Positions 52,716 through 64,000 of a stretch of DNA of 64,000 nucleotides are shown piece after piece (within the stretch, counting starts at the first letter, position 1; each line of letters begins with the position of its first letter). The notes beneath the pieces are model-generated. The model was given only the letters and a program-made list of their open reading frames with translations, did no database searches and was not told the DNA's origin. The stretch lies in assembly GCA_965153455.1 (NCBI GenBank), contig OZ234493.1, positions 15,614,213 to 15,678,212 of the forward strand, in the 5' to 3' direction. Made by a program: the position numbers and the translations under genes. The stretch is from Sphagnum compactum. Its lineage: Eukaryota.

Positions 52716-53301
52716 ATGTAAAGAACTTCCGATTTTTTTTAACTTTTTTTTTTCGCTTTTTGTTTTGTTTTTACATTTTTTTTCTCCCTCATTATGTATG
52801 CATATAAAGCTGCAATAACATCATTCTAATGTTATTTGTCCTTTTTTTTTTTTGCTTTCATCACTCAATACTTTTTTGTTTTTGCTTTTTTGCTTTCAAC
52901 ACTACACATCTCACTTTGCTGGCTTGTTCCTTTGTTTCTTTTAGAAAAATTTCCTTATTTTTGAAATAAAAACCTTTTTTTAAATTAAATTTTATCATGC
53001 ACATGTAGATTTGATAAAATATTTAAGGAATATCCATTAAAAAAGAAAATTTGGATAAATGGAAATGAAAATAAATAAATAATAATAATATGGGAAAAAA
53101 ATTGAAATGAGAAAGATGGTGTGAAGATGAAATTTTCAAATTTTGCTTTGGGGGCTAAAAGATCTGTAGTTAGCCTATTGGTGGAGGGAAGATATTTGTA
53201 CAGGCTATGAAGTATTTTCCATTTTTGGAATTACTCTTCGAATCTTTGGGTGGGTAATGAAACCCAAAATACATTTTAAAAAAATCCGAAGTTCTTTACA
53301 T
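52716..53301. mobile_element. MITE (~586 bp) with ~23-bp TIRs
   Basis: Left atgtaaagaacttccgattttttt; right aaaaaatccgaagttctttacat (1 mismatch). AT-rich interior; cc on both flanks. Confidence 0.75.
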
Positions 53302-55269
53302 CCTTTAGTTTGTACAAATAGAATATACATAAGACAAAGTTAAATGGGAAAAAAAAATTCAAACTAAAGTAATTCATATGGTGATAGCCATTCTTCACAT
53401 GCAATTGAAATAATTAGTAGTGTGTTGAAGGTGGTAATTTCTCATTAATATTATTTTCTTGGATGTGATGTTTTCGTGACTTCAAACATGTCAATATTAA
53501 AATGAAAATTTACAAAAAAATTATGCATTATTTAATTACATAGGTTGAAATCCACCCTTATATGTCTTCACTTTTTTTTCAAGAGATTTTAGATGTTTAA
53601 ATTCATAATCTATCTAAATTCAACCCATATCTCTTGAACTAAAAAAGATAACTTGATATTAGAGTTGATACAAAAAAAAGTTGTCACCTCTTCAACATTG
53701 TTCCCTTATGAAAAAAGTTTCAAAGTGCACATGTAGCAAACTAAAGAGACATATTTTAGAGTGAAGTTTGGCCTCACTTCGAGCTTTTGCTCTTGGATTG
53801 GAATATTACTTGAGAGCATGAAGTCTCCACCCACAATTATTGATGAACTAGCAAAGTGTGGGACCTCGTACCCTTATGGTCCATGATTCAAATGTGAATA
53901 TTCATAAGAATTAACACGCTTGTGTGGGGGAGAAGTTTTGTCTTAAACAATGGCCTATTAGAGATGAAATAACCATTACACTTGTACAATTCACCTCGGG
54001 TTTTTTTTGTTGCCATAGTGTTAAAATTTGCCAAAAAAAACCATTGGTTACTATGATGGCAACTTTAACACTATTTGAAATATGAAATTTTTCTTCTTTT
54101 GTGTTTTCAAATAACAAAAAAAAATGGAGAAAGATTTTGAATCTCCAAGAATATTCTATTTGTGAAAATGAAAATTTCAAAATTAATTAGTTACTCTACA
54201 TACATGTGTCAAAGCTACCAAGGTATTATGGTATGTGACAAGTTGCTTGTTTTTTTTATGTTTGCATGTTCACACTTTGTGTTATTTCTTGTGTGTAGAC
54301 TCACCTTTTTGTGTTTGTTTGCATCATTTAACTTCCTTGTTTTTGGGCTTTTCTGTTTTACACTTGTGTTACTTGTGACTTAGTTGAGGTATTAGTTGTT
54401 CTATTTTTTTAAAACACATGTAATTATTGCATGTTGCATGGAAGTTGATTTCTTGCATAACAAATATAAAAACATCACACCCTACATGTGCTCACATGAA
54501 TTCATTACCAGGTATGGAAACATTTAAAGAGGTGGATTAATGCATTGAATACACTCTAGTACATGATGTGGAGCCCTAGTCTAATTCAAATATTTATCCC
54601 AACAAAAAAGGACCGAGAAAGTGTTCGTGGCAATTTCTAGATGGATGAGTTACAACAACAAGGTTTCAGTAAGAGAGCAAGTTAGAGGAAAAAGTTTGTA
54701 AAGTAGAATCCCATTTTTTGATATTCTTCTCTATATTTCAAAGTTGATTTGTAATCTAATTTTTTGCCTTTCTTCCATTAGAAACTCAAATGGTTTAAAA
54801 TACATCATCGTATTATTCACAAACAAATTGTTCCAAGTAGAAAGTGTGTTGGACCTTTCAAAGCCACTCTTCAGTACTTTAAAAGGTGGATGAGATGTTA
54901 CACAATTGCCCTCCACAATGTTTTATCTCATTGTGGAGAGGTTGTGTGCTGAGCAAAACATTGCATTGAAGAGTTTAAGCTTAGAATTCCATTTTCATCA
55001 TATGTGTGGAAGTCAGTGTGTTTACCATGGCCACAACATTAGTGTGTTCTTGCAATAGACTGTTGTTACAAAACTATTGAATTTTGCAAAACAAGTTTCA
55101 CTATTAGAATTCCATTCACAAGTGATTCTAAGTGCTATTCATGTTTTGCTTATACCATTCATAATGTACTATATTTACAATTCATCTTTTGCAAATTTGG
55201 AAGATTTAGGAATATGAAGGGATGGGTTGGGATCAAAGTTGGGTCTTTTGGATAAAGCAAAATGTGGGA

Positions 55270-56430
55270 GGAGGTGAGGGCTAGGTTTGTCACAGTCAAT
55301 TATTGTGCCTTTGTATCTCCTATGATTATCGTCATAGAGGGCAATTTGTGGTCAACAACAACAATCGCAACAAAATGCTTCTTTGCCTATGAAAGAAAGT
55401 CTTCAATTATAGATCTTGATGTCCCTCTTTATTTGTAGTGAACATGGTGGCCAAAAGAAGCTTCTTGCACACAATCGCTAGTGTTGTTGTGGTGTTGGGC
55501 TATTTCAAAATTGTGGGACATGTTTCATTATCATTTGCCATTCCTAAAGATTGTGAGTGTTGTATCATTGTTTTATAACCCTCCACCACTTTGCTTCATT
55601 TGAATCATGACTTTTGTGATTTTGGTTTTGGATGCAACTAAGAATCTCCTTCATGCACATTTCCATACGTCTAGCAAGGAAAGGCCAATTTTTGTTTCAC
55701 ACAAACATTATGTTTTCTCACTTTGAAATACTGGTTCAAGTTGATCCTATAAGATAGACGCATTTCTTGCTTCCAATTGGCAATTGTGAATGAACATCAA
55801 TTGTCCAGAAGTGGATTCATCTGCGAACTAATGCACCATGATCATCTCACAATCACTTGTGTACACATCTTCTTTGATATGATAAACATATGTTTGAGGT
55901 TTGAAGACATTTAATAGCTTTGGATCAAAGCTCTCGAAGGAGATGACAAACATTGACTAGCCGAACAATTGGCAATCTCACAATGAATTTGAAGATCCCA
56001 TTTGACCCCTCATCTTTGTGATGATCTTTGTGATTAACTGGTCATGATTCGACATTACAATATAAGTTCAACGAAGTTTCCTACACTATAGTTTGAAATG
56101 TCTTTCACAGCCTCCCTTAAGGGATCATGGCTTTGAATGCACATCACATGGTTAAAGAAAGAAGAACATACTGACTCTCTTTTCCACTAACAATGGTTTT
56201 AGATTAGTAGTCGTAGCTCAGCAGTGGGAAAATGCTTGTTGCTTGGCTTGAATGATTGAGCTTGAAACATGACGATGGAGAGTTAGAGCATGTGGAAATA
56301 GGTGAAGATTTGATTGAAGAGTGGAGAACACATGTTTTCTAGTCTCTTTGTCAACCCATATCCCATCTACAATTCCATTGAAGATTCTAAGCCAAGCTTT
56401 TCCAATGGTGCAAAGGGGAACTTTCACTAG
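55270..56430 (-). pseudogene. Probable degenerate hybrid histidine kinase remnant (HATPase_c plus receiver-like segment)
   Basis: Frameshifted fragments in the expected order: EKRVSM...SHDPLR (GDPxR), LQIHCEI, LLNVFKP, C-E-M-x-H-G-A-L-V...ESTSGQ..SFT (ELMGG..VES..G..FxFT), RFLVASK, FVAIVVVDHKLPSM (receiver D-x-x-LP). Confidence 0.45.
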
Positions 56431-59400
56431 TATTGGAGCCTATGTCTTATGAACGAATGCTTTTGTAGTGCTTGATTAACTATTTAAGGTGTGCGTGTGT
56501 GTTTTCTTGTGCTCTTTCTCTAACAACTATATTCCCTCCTAGTTTTATACCTTGTTTGAATTTGCTAAACAGTGTAGGATTTAATGTATGTTGATTGCTT
56601 TGGTTTTTTATGCCCCTTATGAGCTGGATGAGGATTTACATATTGGTGCATGAGTAAGTGGGTGAAGGAGACCAACGACATCTTATCATTGAAAGATGTG
56701 AAGATTCGATTATGTATATATTCTCACTATGCCTCTTGAGTGCCTATTGACATCATGGTTGAGTTTTCTTGTTGTTGAAAAAAATGTGGCAAACATTTGT
56801 GATGCAAATTTTTTGTAATCATTTTCCTTGAGTTTTGAGCAGATGGTCATATGCTTATCTACACCCATGTTCAGGGGCTGATGAAATCAATGGGGAATAA
56901 TGGCAGCAAGTAACTGTCCTGCATGATAAATGTATGGTCTTACATGTTATGAATGAAGCTCACAAAGTTAATATTGTTCATTTTTCAAATATTTGTTTTG
57001 GGTTCCCTAGTTTTTGGTGACCTTGCATCTCTTTTTGGATTTTTTTTTTTGCAATTACAATGATATGTACATTTCTGATTTGAAATATGTGAATAACTTA
57101 TCTGAGATTGTGGGGTTTATCAGTTGTCCAAAGCTTGCTTTTGTGGGCCTCTTTGTTATTTATTGAGGACTTTTCACTCTATAGGAGAATCGCACACTAC
57201 AGTTTTTTTAACATTTGCATTGCCTAATCTTGCTTGCATATTATCTTCAAATCCTCCATTTTGGTGAACGATGTGTTGGTGGGTTGCTTTCAAATGCTTT
57301 CAAGTCCACAACTTATGATACACAATGTGGATGTATTAGGTATGTCTTCAATGTTATTGTTATATGTACCTTATAGACTCCAAATGTATAAGTTCCACGT
57401 ATTTGAACACCCTCTTAGTGGGACAAAAAATTGTCAACATCTGGAGGCATCTTAAACTTTTGTTTCATGGTATAGATTGAATTAATATAGTTTTGGGAAG
57501 ATATTGTTTCTTAGCCCCCAAAGGAGTTGTGTGCAATTGAATTTTGTTTCTTGTCCTTGAATGTAGGAACTAGATTCTTGGCCAGCTATAGGTGGGAAGC
57601 AAAAGATTGCGAGTTTTTCTTACCCTCACATCCTGTTCTCTATGCATGAGAAAATTGCTTGAGAATCCAAATGACCAAGAGTCTTCATTTTCTTCTAGGG
57701 TTTCAATAAACTACTCCTGTAAGATTCTTGAAATAAAAAGATGTCATTGATTCTGCTTAGGATTTGAAAAATTCTACGATTAGTTTATTAGCAATAGGGA
57801 AGGCGCAACAGTGTAATCTGAAACTTAGGCTAAAACTCCCGCAACCAGCAAAATTGGTGGTCCCAGGAGTTGTACTCTCCATGAAATGTTTATGATCTTT
57901 CTGAAGCCTCAAATATTAATCTCAAGCTACATTTTGGCATTTTGCCCAAAGGGGGAGTTCTCACCCCCAGATCTGCCAACTTTCCAGATAACTCTATTCT
58001 GTAACTCTATTGTGTAGATCAACAAGTTAAAATTGCGAAAGCTACTTGGAGATCATTCATCCTTAGAAACAAATCTGCATGTTTACATTTTAAAAACAAG
58101 TACTCTCAAATCAAAGATGATGTGAACGAAATTCATCTAATTGGGGCACCCAAAACTTGGGCTCAATTTCCAATAGAGCTGGGGAATGAAGTAAGGCAAA
58201 TGGGGACCGCACAACGCATGTATGAGAGGTTGCATGAAAAGACCTGCCATTCTAAGTTGGGAAGCTCAAATTTCAAATGCTAACAGATCAAGGAAGGAAG
58301 ACCTAAATGGTTGTGGATGAATGCGAAGGAAGCATGCTGTTCCAAATCACAATGTTGTGAACTGGGCTAAGGCAAATGAAGGCCTGCCAAAGAGGGTTTT
58401 GCATCAACAAGTACCTTTGACTAATTGAATGATGTTGGCATCAAAAGATAACAACAGCAGCATACACACATACAGAGAACAGACTTTTGATCATTGAAAG
58501 AAAAGCAACACCAAACATATCTGTAGAGCACATTTTGGAAAGGAGACAGTACCTAGAGTGTGGAGAAGGAGTGCTTCAGTCATGCCAGATCCAGTGCTGA
58601 GAAGACAAATTGATACAGATTTGAATGTGAATCCACCCTAACGCACATATAGGCGTGAGAAGAGAGTCTTGAGATGGGATACCCTCCCAAGATAATAGCA
58701 CTGCAGAGGATCATAGAACTCACTTCCAAAAGAAGTCAATACCTATGATTTTAGAGACAAACCTTTCAGCCCTCTGGACATACTCACAAAGCCCAGTTCT
58801 GAAAGGAGATCATACTTACAGTGTGGAGAGGAAAAGCTTTGCAAATGCTAAAGACAAATAGAACCACAAGGAAATAAAGAAAACACTGTTTGAAAAGCAA
58901 GAGGAGGGAACGTGGGGGAAAAGAGAAAATAATGAATGAAGAGAATAAGACCAACAATGTTGTCCAATGTGCCATATGTAGCAGAAAAAAAAGCCTAACC
59001 AACTTCTTCATTTCCTGCACAACTGAAAATCCAGCATGATCATTCCCACTCTGGAGAAAAACTGTGATCTGTATCCAAGGAATAGAATTGGATGTCTACA
59101 TGCCTTATTCTTCAACTGCTCATGACAGGTTCTAAGGTCTGGCTGTCCTGTTGGGCTGAAATGAAAGACTGTCAGTGTCTATACAGGTGTACCCCCAAAA
59201 AAGGATGCAATACCACTTTCTACAAATTTCTTGAATTCCTAAACTACAAGGCAGTTCCCTAAACACTCTCATGCCCAGAACATTATGTTAATTGATCACT
59301 CTATCTAGTGCTGAGGTGATTTAGAAGAAAAGGACCTCGATAAACCAGCCTGAATAGAATGGCTTTCAGCAAAGTTTTTGAAACTTCTGGCCTTCTTGCA

Positions 59401-59544
59401 AACTGGACATCATCTCTAAGAAATCAAGAAGTTGACTGTCTTTTGGCATCATCCCACATCTCCTTGAAAAGCTAGGGCACATGGTAACCCAATCTCTGCT
59501 GGAACCTGTAAACCTATTGTCAAATCAATCTTTACCAGTGTGTC

Positions 59545-61965
59545 CTATTGATTGAGTCTGTAACTCCGACCAGAAAAAGCAGTCCTAGCACCAGCAGACA
59601 CAGGTGTTTGAGTTGAGGACGCTTGAGGCCTAGGCCATCGGGCAACCAGCTGATGTCTGAAATGGAATCCATCAAGGAAAAGCTTACTGCCACTGCAACA
59701 AGAAAAAGCCCTCAAACAGGCAATGCACACTCAACACCCACATCCATCCCCCTGACATGTTTCACTAGTTTATGACCAGAAGGAAGGAACCCTAAAAATA
59801 ATTCTGCATATTCTGACCTGTATAATAGAAAGGAAAATGTGTCTGTTTTGCAAACATCAACAGCAAAAAAACTTTGTAAGCATCCATACAAAGGATAATT
59901 AAAGAAGAGCAACAAACATAAGATTTTCACCTGCCTTACAACAGTAAGAGGATACACCCAATGAGGAGTTTTTAGATAGTTGTGGCCAGTGGCTTGGGGA
60001 TGCAAGACGGTAAGGAAGTAGTAGATGTGTCCTACTACGATTCCCATTAAATCCACCAGGAATGGGTGACCAAACATCGTGTTGACAGCAAGTAGGGCCC
60101 AAGGCAACCAAAAGCCCTGGCATTTATGTCCTCAAGTTAGTAAACAATCCCTCTTGGTTACAACATCTTGCATTTCTCACAGAAGAAGCTGGTTCCTTTT
60201 TTCTATGATGCAGATGAAGTACTTTGGAAACCTAGCACAAGCAATGAATTCAACTACTTGGTGCTGAAAAGTTACAGAAGTCAGAAAGTGCAACAAAAAG
60301 GACCCAAACCTGCAATGTAACAAGTCCCATGAGGCTGACACGGGCATTTGCAAACTCACGGCTCCAGACATAAAGGAGCATAAACACAAGTGCATGGCCC
60401 ACATAGAACCTGATTGTGGGTAGTGCCAGTGCCATAGCCTGCCATGTATCATGAAAAACCATGTACATTTAAAAATTATGCCATCGATTCCATACATGGT
60501 AACATGACAAAATTGAACTCTAGCACTCACACATGGATAATGTTTCCATTGGTACTGGTAATCAGAAGACAAAAATGCATGATCTAGGTCATACCAAAAG
60601 TGTGACCATCGAAACTATGAACATCCATACAAAATCTGCTGTGCGCTTGTCAAATGGGCCCTTCTCCAACTGTACTCCATACTTTGCTCTGATTCCATTT
60701 CCCAACAACAAAAAGCTATGTTAGAAGAGTCACAGTCTGCATGACATGAATGGTAAAATAGAGATCAGATCTTTTCAACAGGCTAATGGAAATGAGCAAA
60801 ATCATAAGCAAGAATGTGATGCATTTGTCTAGATATACCCCAACATGTCATTTTCCTTTCATCTGGTCAAACAACTTGATTCCTGCTTCCTTCATTGTGG
60901 ACTACTTACACACAGCCCAGGATTCTTGACCCTTTTGTACCTTCTTTCAATCTTAGTTAAGTGCCCGAATGGGCTCTGATGTTTACTTACATCATCAAAA
61001 TCCGCACACCAAATTGCATAGAGAAGGGTCCTAAAAAGATAAAGTTGGTCAACAACCGCCATATCTGCAAACAAGGGCAGAAGATTCACATGGTTAAAAA
61101 AAGATGCATGACAACATCTCAAGAGGTCTGAAATGATATTGAACATCGGACAATGAGGAAATCTTCTTTGTCCAACACCTCAAATCCATCAAGTTTGGTT
61201 GCAACTTCAACAAAACAATAGTTATAACCTCTTCACCAATTACAAAAAATCCCAAAACTGACAACACAATAATAACAATCTGAAGAAACTCCAAAGATGG
61301 AATTCCATCAACCAAATAGAGAAGCCATTTTGTTAAGTCTTGTCCCAGAGAGAAAGACACCTGAAGACCTGAATCCAGAACTTGACAATTTGGGATGGAA
61401 ACATCATACTTGGAATTTGCTCGCTACCAAAGCAAAGTCAAGAAGGAGCCATTCAGCTTTGATCACACCGAGTTGATACCCAAGAGTTGTGAGAACACAT
61501 AGTGTTCCAAAACCCTTGCTCACTGGAGGCAAGGAGTTGTAAAAGCTGCAAACAAACAACAACACAACACAACAGAAAAACCCGCCAGCAGAAATCTCCT
61601 CAGTAACACATTCAATAATTCTCATCCGTTGTTGAAGCAGTAGCAGAGCCACCATTACCATATTACAGCAGGAACCTCACCACAAAATGACAGCTCCTCC
61701 CAAATAGAATTCCCAAATAGCAAAGTGCAGAAGAACAAAGTGCGAGATACTTGCAAAGAGAAAACAAAGCAATTTTCATGTGCAACCAAAGGAGATCCAC
61801 GTTCTATTTCGATCCAGAAGAACCCATCAATGTCCCGGTGATAGGAAATAAAAACCTCCGCATCAAATCTGGTCTCTAACCTAACTGGAACATGTGGAGA
61901 AAAATACAGAGGGAGACAGAGAGAGACAGAGAGATGTGCTGCACTTACTCGGCTGGCGAAGACAT
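59545..61965 (-). CDS. DER1: Derlin-1 (ERAD rhomboid pseudoprotease)
   Basis: Exons read MSSPA / FYNSLPPVSK...KFQ / IWRLLTNFIFLGPFS / KYGVQLEKGPFDKRTADFVWM / LVFMLLYVWSREF / FWLPWALL...GHIYYFLTVLHP...LKTPHW / AFSGRSYRLNQ* (SHP box). ATG at 61965, stop at 59545. Confidence 0.96.
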
Positions 61966-62280
61966 GATGGAACCAGTGATTTCTTCGTCAGGTCCTCGTT
62001 CTTGAAACCAAGCACCACAATTCCGATGGTTGCACGATGGTTGGATTAGGAAACCGGGAAGCAGATCCGAGGGGAAAACAATTCTCTGCTCCAGCAAGCA
62101 ATAAGCAAGAAATTGTCCGACAAGAATGAGCTGCACAACCCAACACTACCAGTACTGGTATCCGCGAAGCCCCTGGGAAATTTGCTGCGATGTGTATTTC
62201 GCTGTCTCCCCCCGACAGAAGAAAATGACCCAACAACTCTTTGACCTTCGCGAAGGCTCCGGACCCTTCTTCCCGAAGGA

Positions 62281-62301
62281 TTAGGGTTAGGGTTAGGGTT
62301 T
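62281..62301. promoter_or_regulatory. Telo-box / (TTAGGG)3 tract in the Derlin 5' region
   Basis: ttagggttagggttagggttt; the minus strand contains AAACCCTA. Confidence 0.6.
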
Positions 62302-62639
62302 GAAACAAGAGCAGACAACTACAGGAGAGCTTCTTCCTTCGGTTCTTCATCTACCCATGCAAAGCAGTACGCAGTATGCATTTCAGAACTGTAGAGCAGC
62401 TATCTCTCTATAATTGTACATCTTTTCGGATTTCCCCCTCTTCGTACTTCGATGTTTGTCGTCGAAACTCGGAAGCTTTCTTTGCGATTCGATGTTTTGT
62501 GGAGAGTGGAAACCCGGAAGTCTTATGCGATTTAGAGGGATGATCGAAGTGGTTTCGGGGTGGTTGGAAAACTGCGAATAGCTACGAAGTCCGCGAGTAG
62601 GAGAGATTTGCAGCAAAAATCTACTGCAGTGATGCGAAC

Positions 62640-64000
62640 ATGGCCGGCTTGTCTTTATGCATCTGCCCTAGCTCAGTATTCTTGAGCTTCTGCAAGCGTA
62701 CCTCTGAGTAAGAACCCCCCCCTCTCTCTGTCTCTCTTTCGCTCGCTCTCGCTTTGTAACTCTTTGCAACAAGACCCCTCTCTTTCTTTTTTGCTTTGTG
62801 ATTCTTTGCAAGGAGAACCCTCTCTCTCTTTTGCTTTGTAACACTTTGCACATTGTGACACAATGCACATATGTCAGGCATTGTATTCTGATGAGAGTTT
62901 TTTTTCCCCTCCATTTTGTGTTCAGGCCACTTGATCAAGCTGCTTCTCGTATCTGTGCCTTTAGAAGATTGTTTCATGGATTTGGGAAGTTGGTGCTGGT
63001 GTCACCGTTGCAAACAATCAAAAGAGAGCCTTGGAGCTTTGTGTCTACTGCTGGACACACATCACGAGATGGATTGTCAGGTATGTCCTTGCAACACATT
63101 TTGCAGCCCTCAACCTCTTATCTCTGATGAACAGTGGGAGATTCTCAATTGTGCTGAAAGCCCTGAATTCCTGCCATGACTTCTTGTATGTTTCTGATAG
63201 GTGTTTGCATCTCAGTTGTGAAATTCTCGGTCTCATTGCAGTGTAGAGAGAAATGTTAAGCTGCATGGCCAGAAGAAAGCTGCAGATTGAGGTTTTTGCG
63301 TGCTTGCACTCAGTCAATTTTGCACTCAAGAGTTTGGGTTTCTGTTGCAACAGGAGATGAGACCAGCAGGTGCCAAGAGCAGGTGCTGGGTGGTGCGATG
63401 TCTGAAATGGAGATGGATCTTTGGTCCAGACCTCCCACTGAGGCAGAGTTTGAATCTGGATATGTGAGTGACAGTGATGAGGTATAAACCTGCTCCCAGA
63501 TTGTCTACCTCTCCAATTCATCTTTTTCAGTGTTTTAGGGTTGCAGGAATTGAGTTTACTTTTAACTGAGAGGGGGTTTCTAGACAGGGTCTTCCTCAGT
63601 CACAGACCAGGATGATTGTGATGGTGACAAGACTCAACATGATCAAGAATGGAACAATATGCTTGAAGGTGGGTGTAATATAAACTTAACAAATAGCTGA
63701 TTTCACATCGAGTTTCACAATGCTTGATCAAGCTTTTTTCTTCATTGTATATGATTATACAGTGGCTGATGTAGCAGGGTTAGCGTGGGACCCGTACTTA
63801 GGAGATGTGAAAAGCAGTGAAAAAGATGAGGACCCTCCTCTTTATGTTCCACCCCCACCCATCCCACTGGAAGGTGTTTGTCCTCAAGTAAAGCTTTTTC
63901 CTCAATGTCTGCATAACATATTGTGCTAATTTCAGAATGATCTATGTGAATGAAGAACAATGTGAATTTTATGTTTTCACATACCATACAAGTCCAATGT
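62640..64000 (+). CDS. Unidentified protein, 5' part only (possible organelle transit peptide followed by an acidic region)
   Basis: Phase-compatible GT-AG exons 62640-62707, 62926-63080, 63354-63481, 63584-63668 and 63763-63873 give MAGLSLCICPSSVFLSFCKR...EFESGYVSDSDETGSS...LAWDPYLGD...DPPLYVPPPPIPLE. The gene runs off the window. Confidence 0.7.

Noticed and set aside
55270-55720. LINE/Helitron endonuclease (CLCETKI, TIIIGD)
   Set aside because: Other endonuclease motifs (GDFN, SDH) are missing, and the histidine-kinase/receiver reading explains more of the fragments.

Overview
This is AT-rich, intron-containing nuclear DNA from a plant. The repeat families and gene set suggest a bryophyte, probably a Sphagnum-like moss (inference only). 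Intact genes: an intronless V-ATPase subunit F (5' truncated); an isoprenylcysteine methylesterase (ICME); a DDX19/DBP5/LOS4-type DEAD-box helicase; a plastid-type CAAX protease (CPBP/Abi family); a large AGC kinase with four cyclic-nucleotide-binding (CNB) domains and no visible PP2C domain (PKG-like); Derlin-1; and the 5' part of an unidentified gene divergent from Derlin. Intergenic DNA holds a decayed PIF/Harbinger element, two solo-LTR-like elements, several MITEs, tandem Helitron-like elements, a plastid 23S rRNA insertion (NUPT) and a probable histidine-kinase pseudogene. The ~20.8-35.7 kb block is very AT-rich and heavily C-to-T mutated. It contains a decayed multi-exon zinc-finger gene, plus a CpG-rich island that precedes an apparently intact, spliced 250-aa orphan gene. 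The most interesting items are the four-CNB PKG-like kinase and this cargo-carrying block. Gene models were read by eye from GT-AG sites, and some 5' and 3' ends are approximate.
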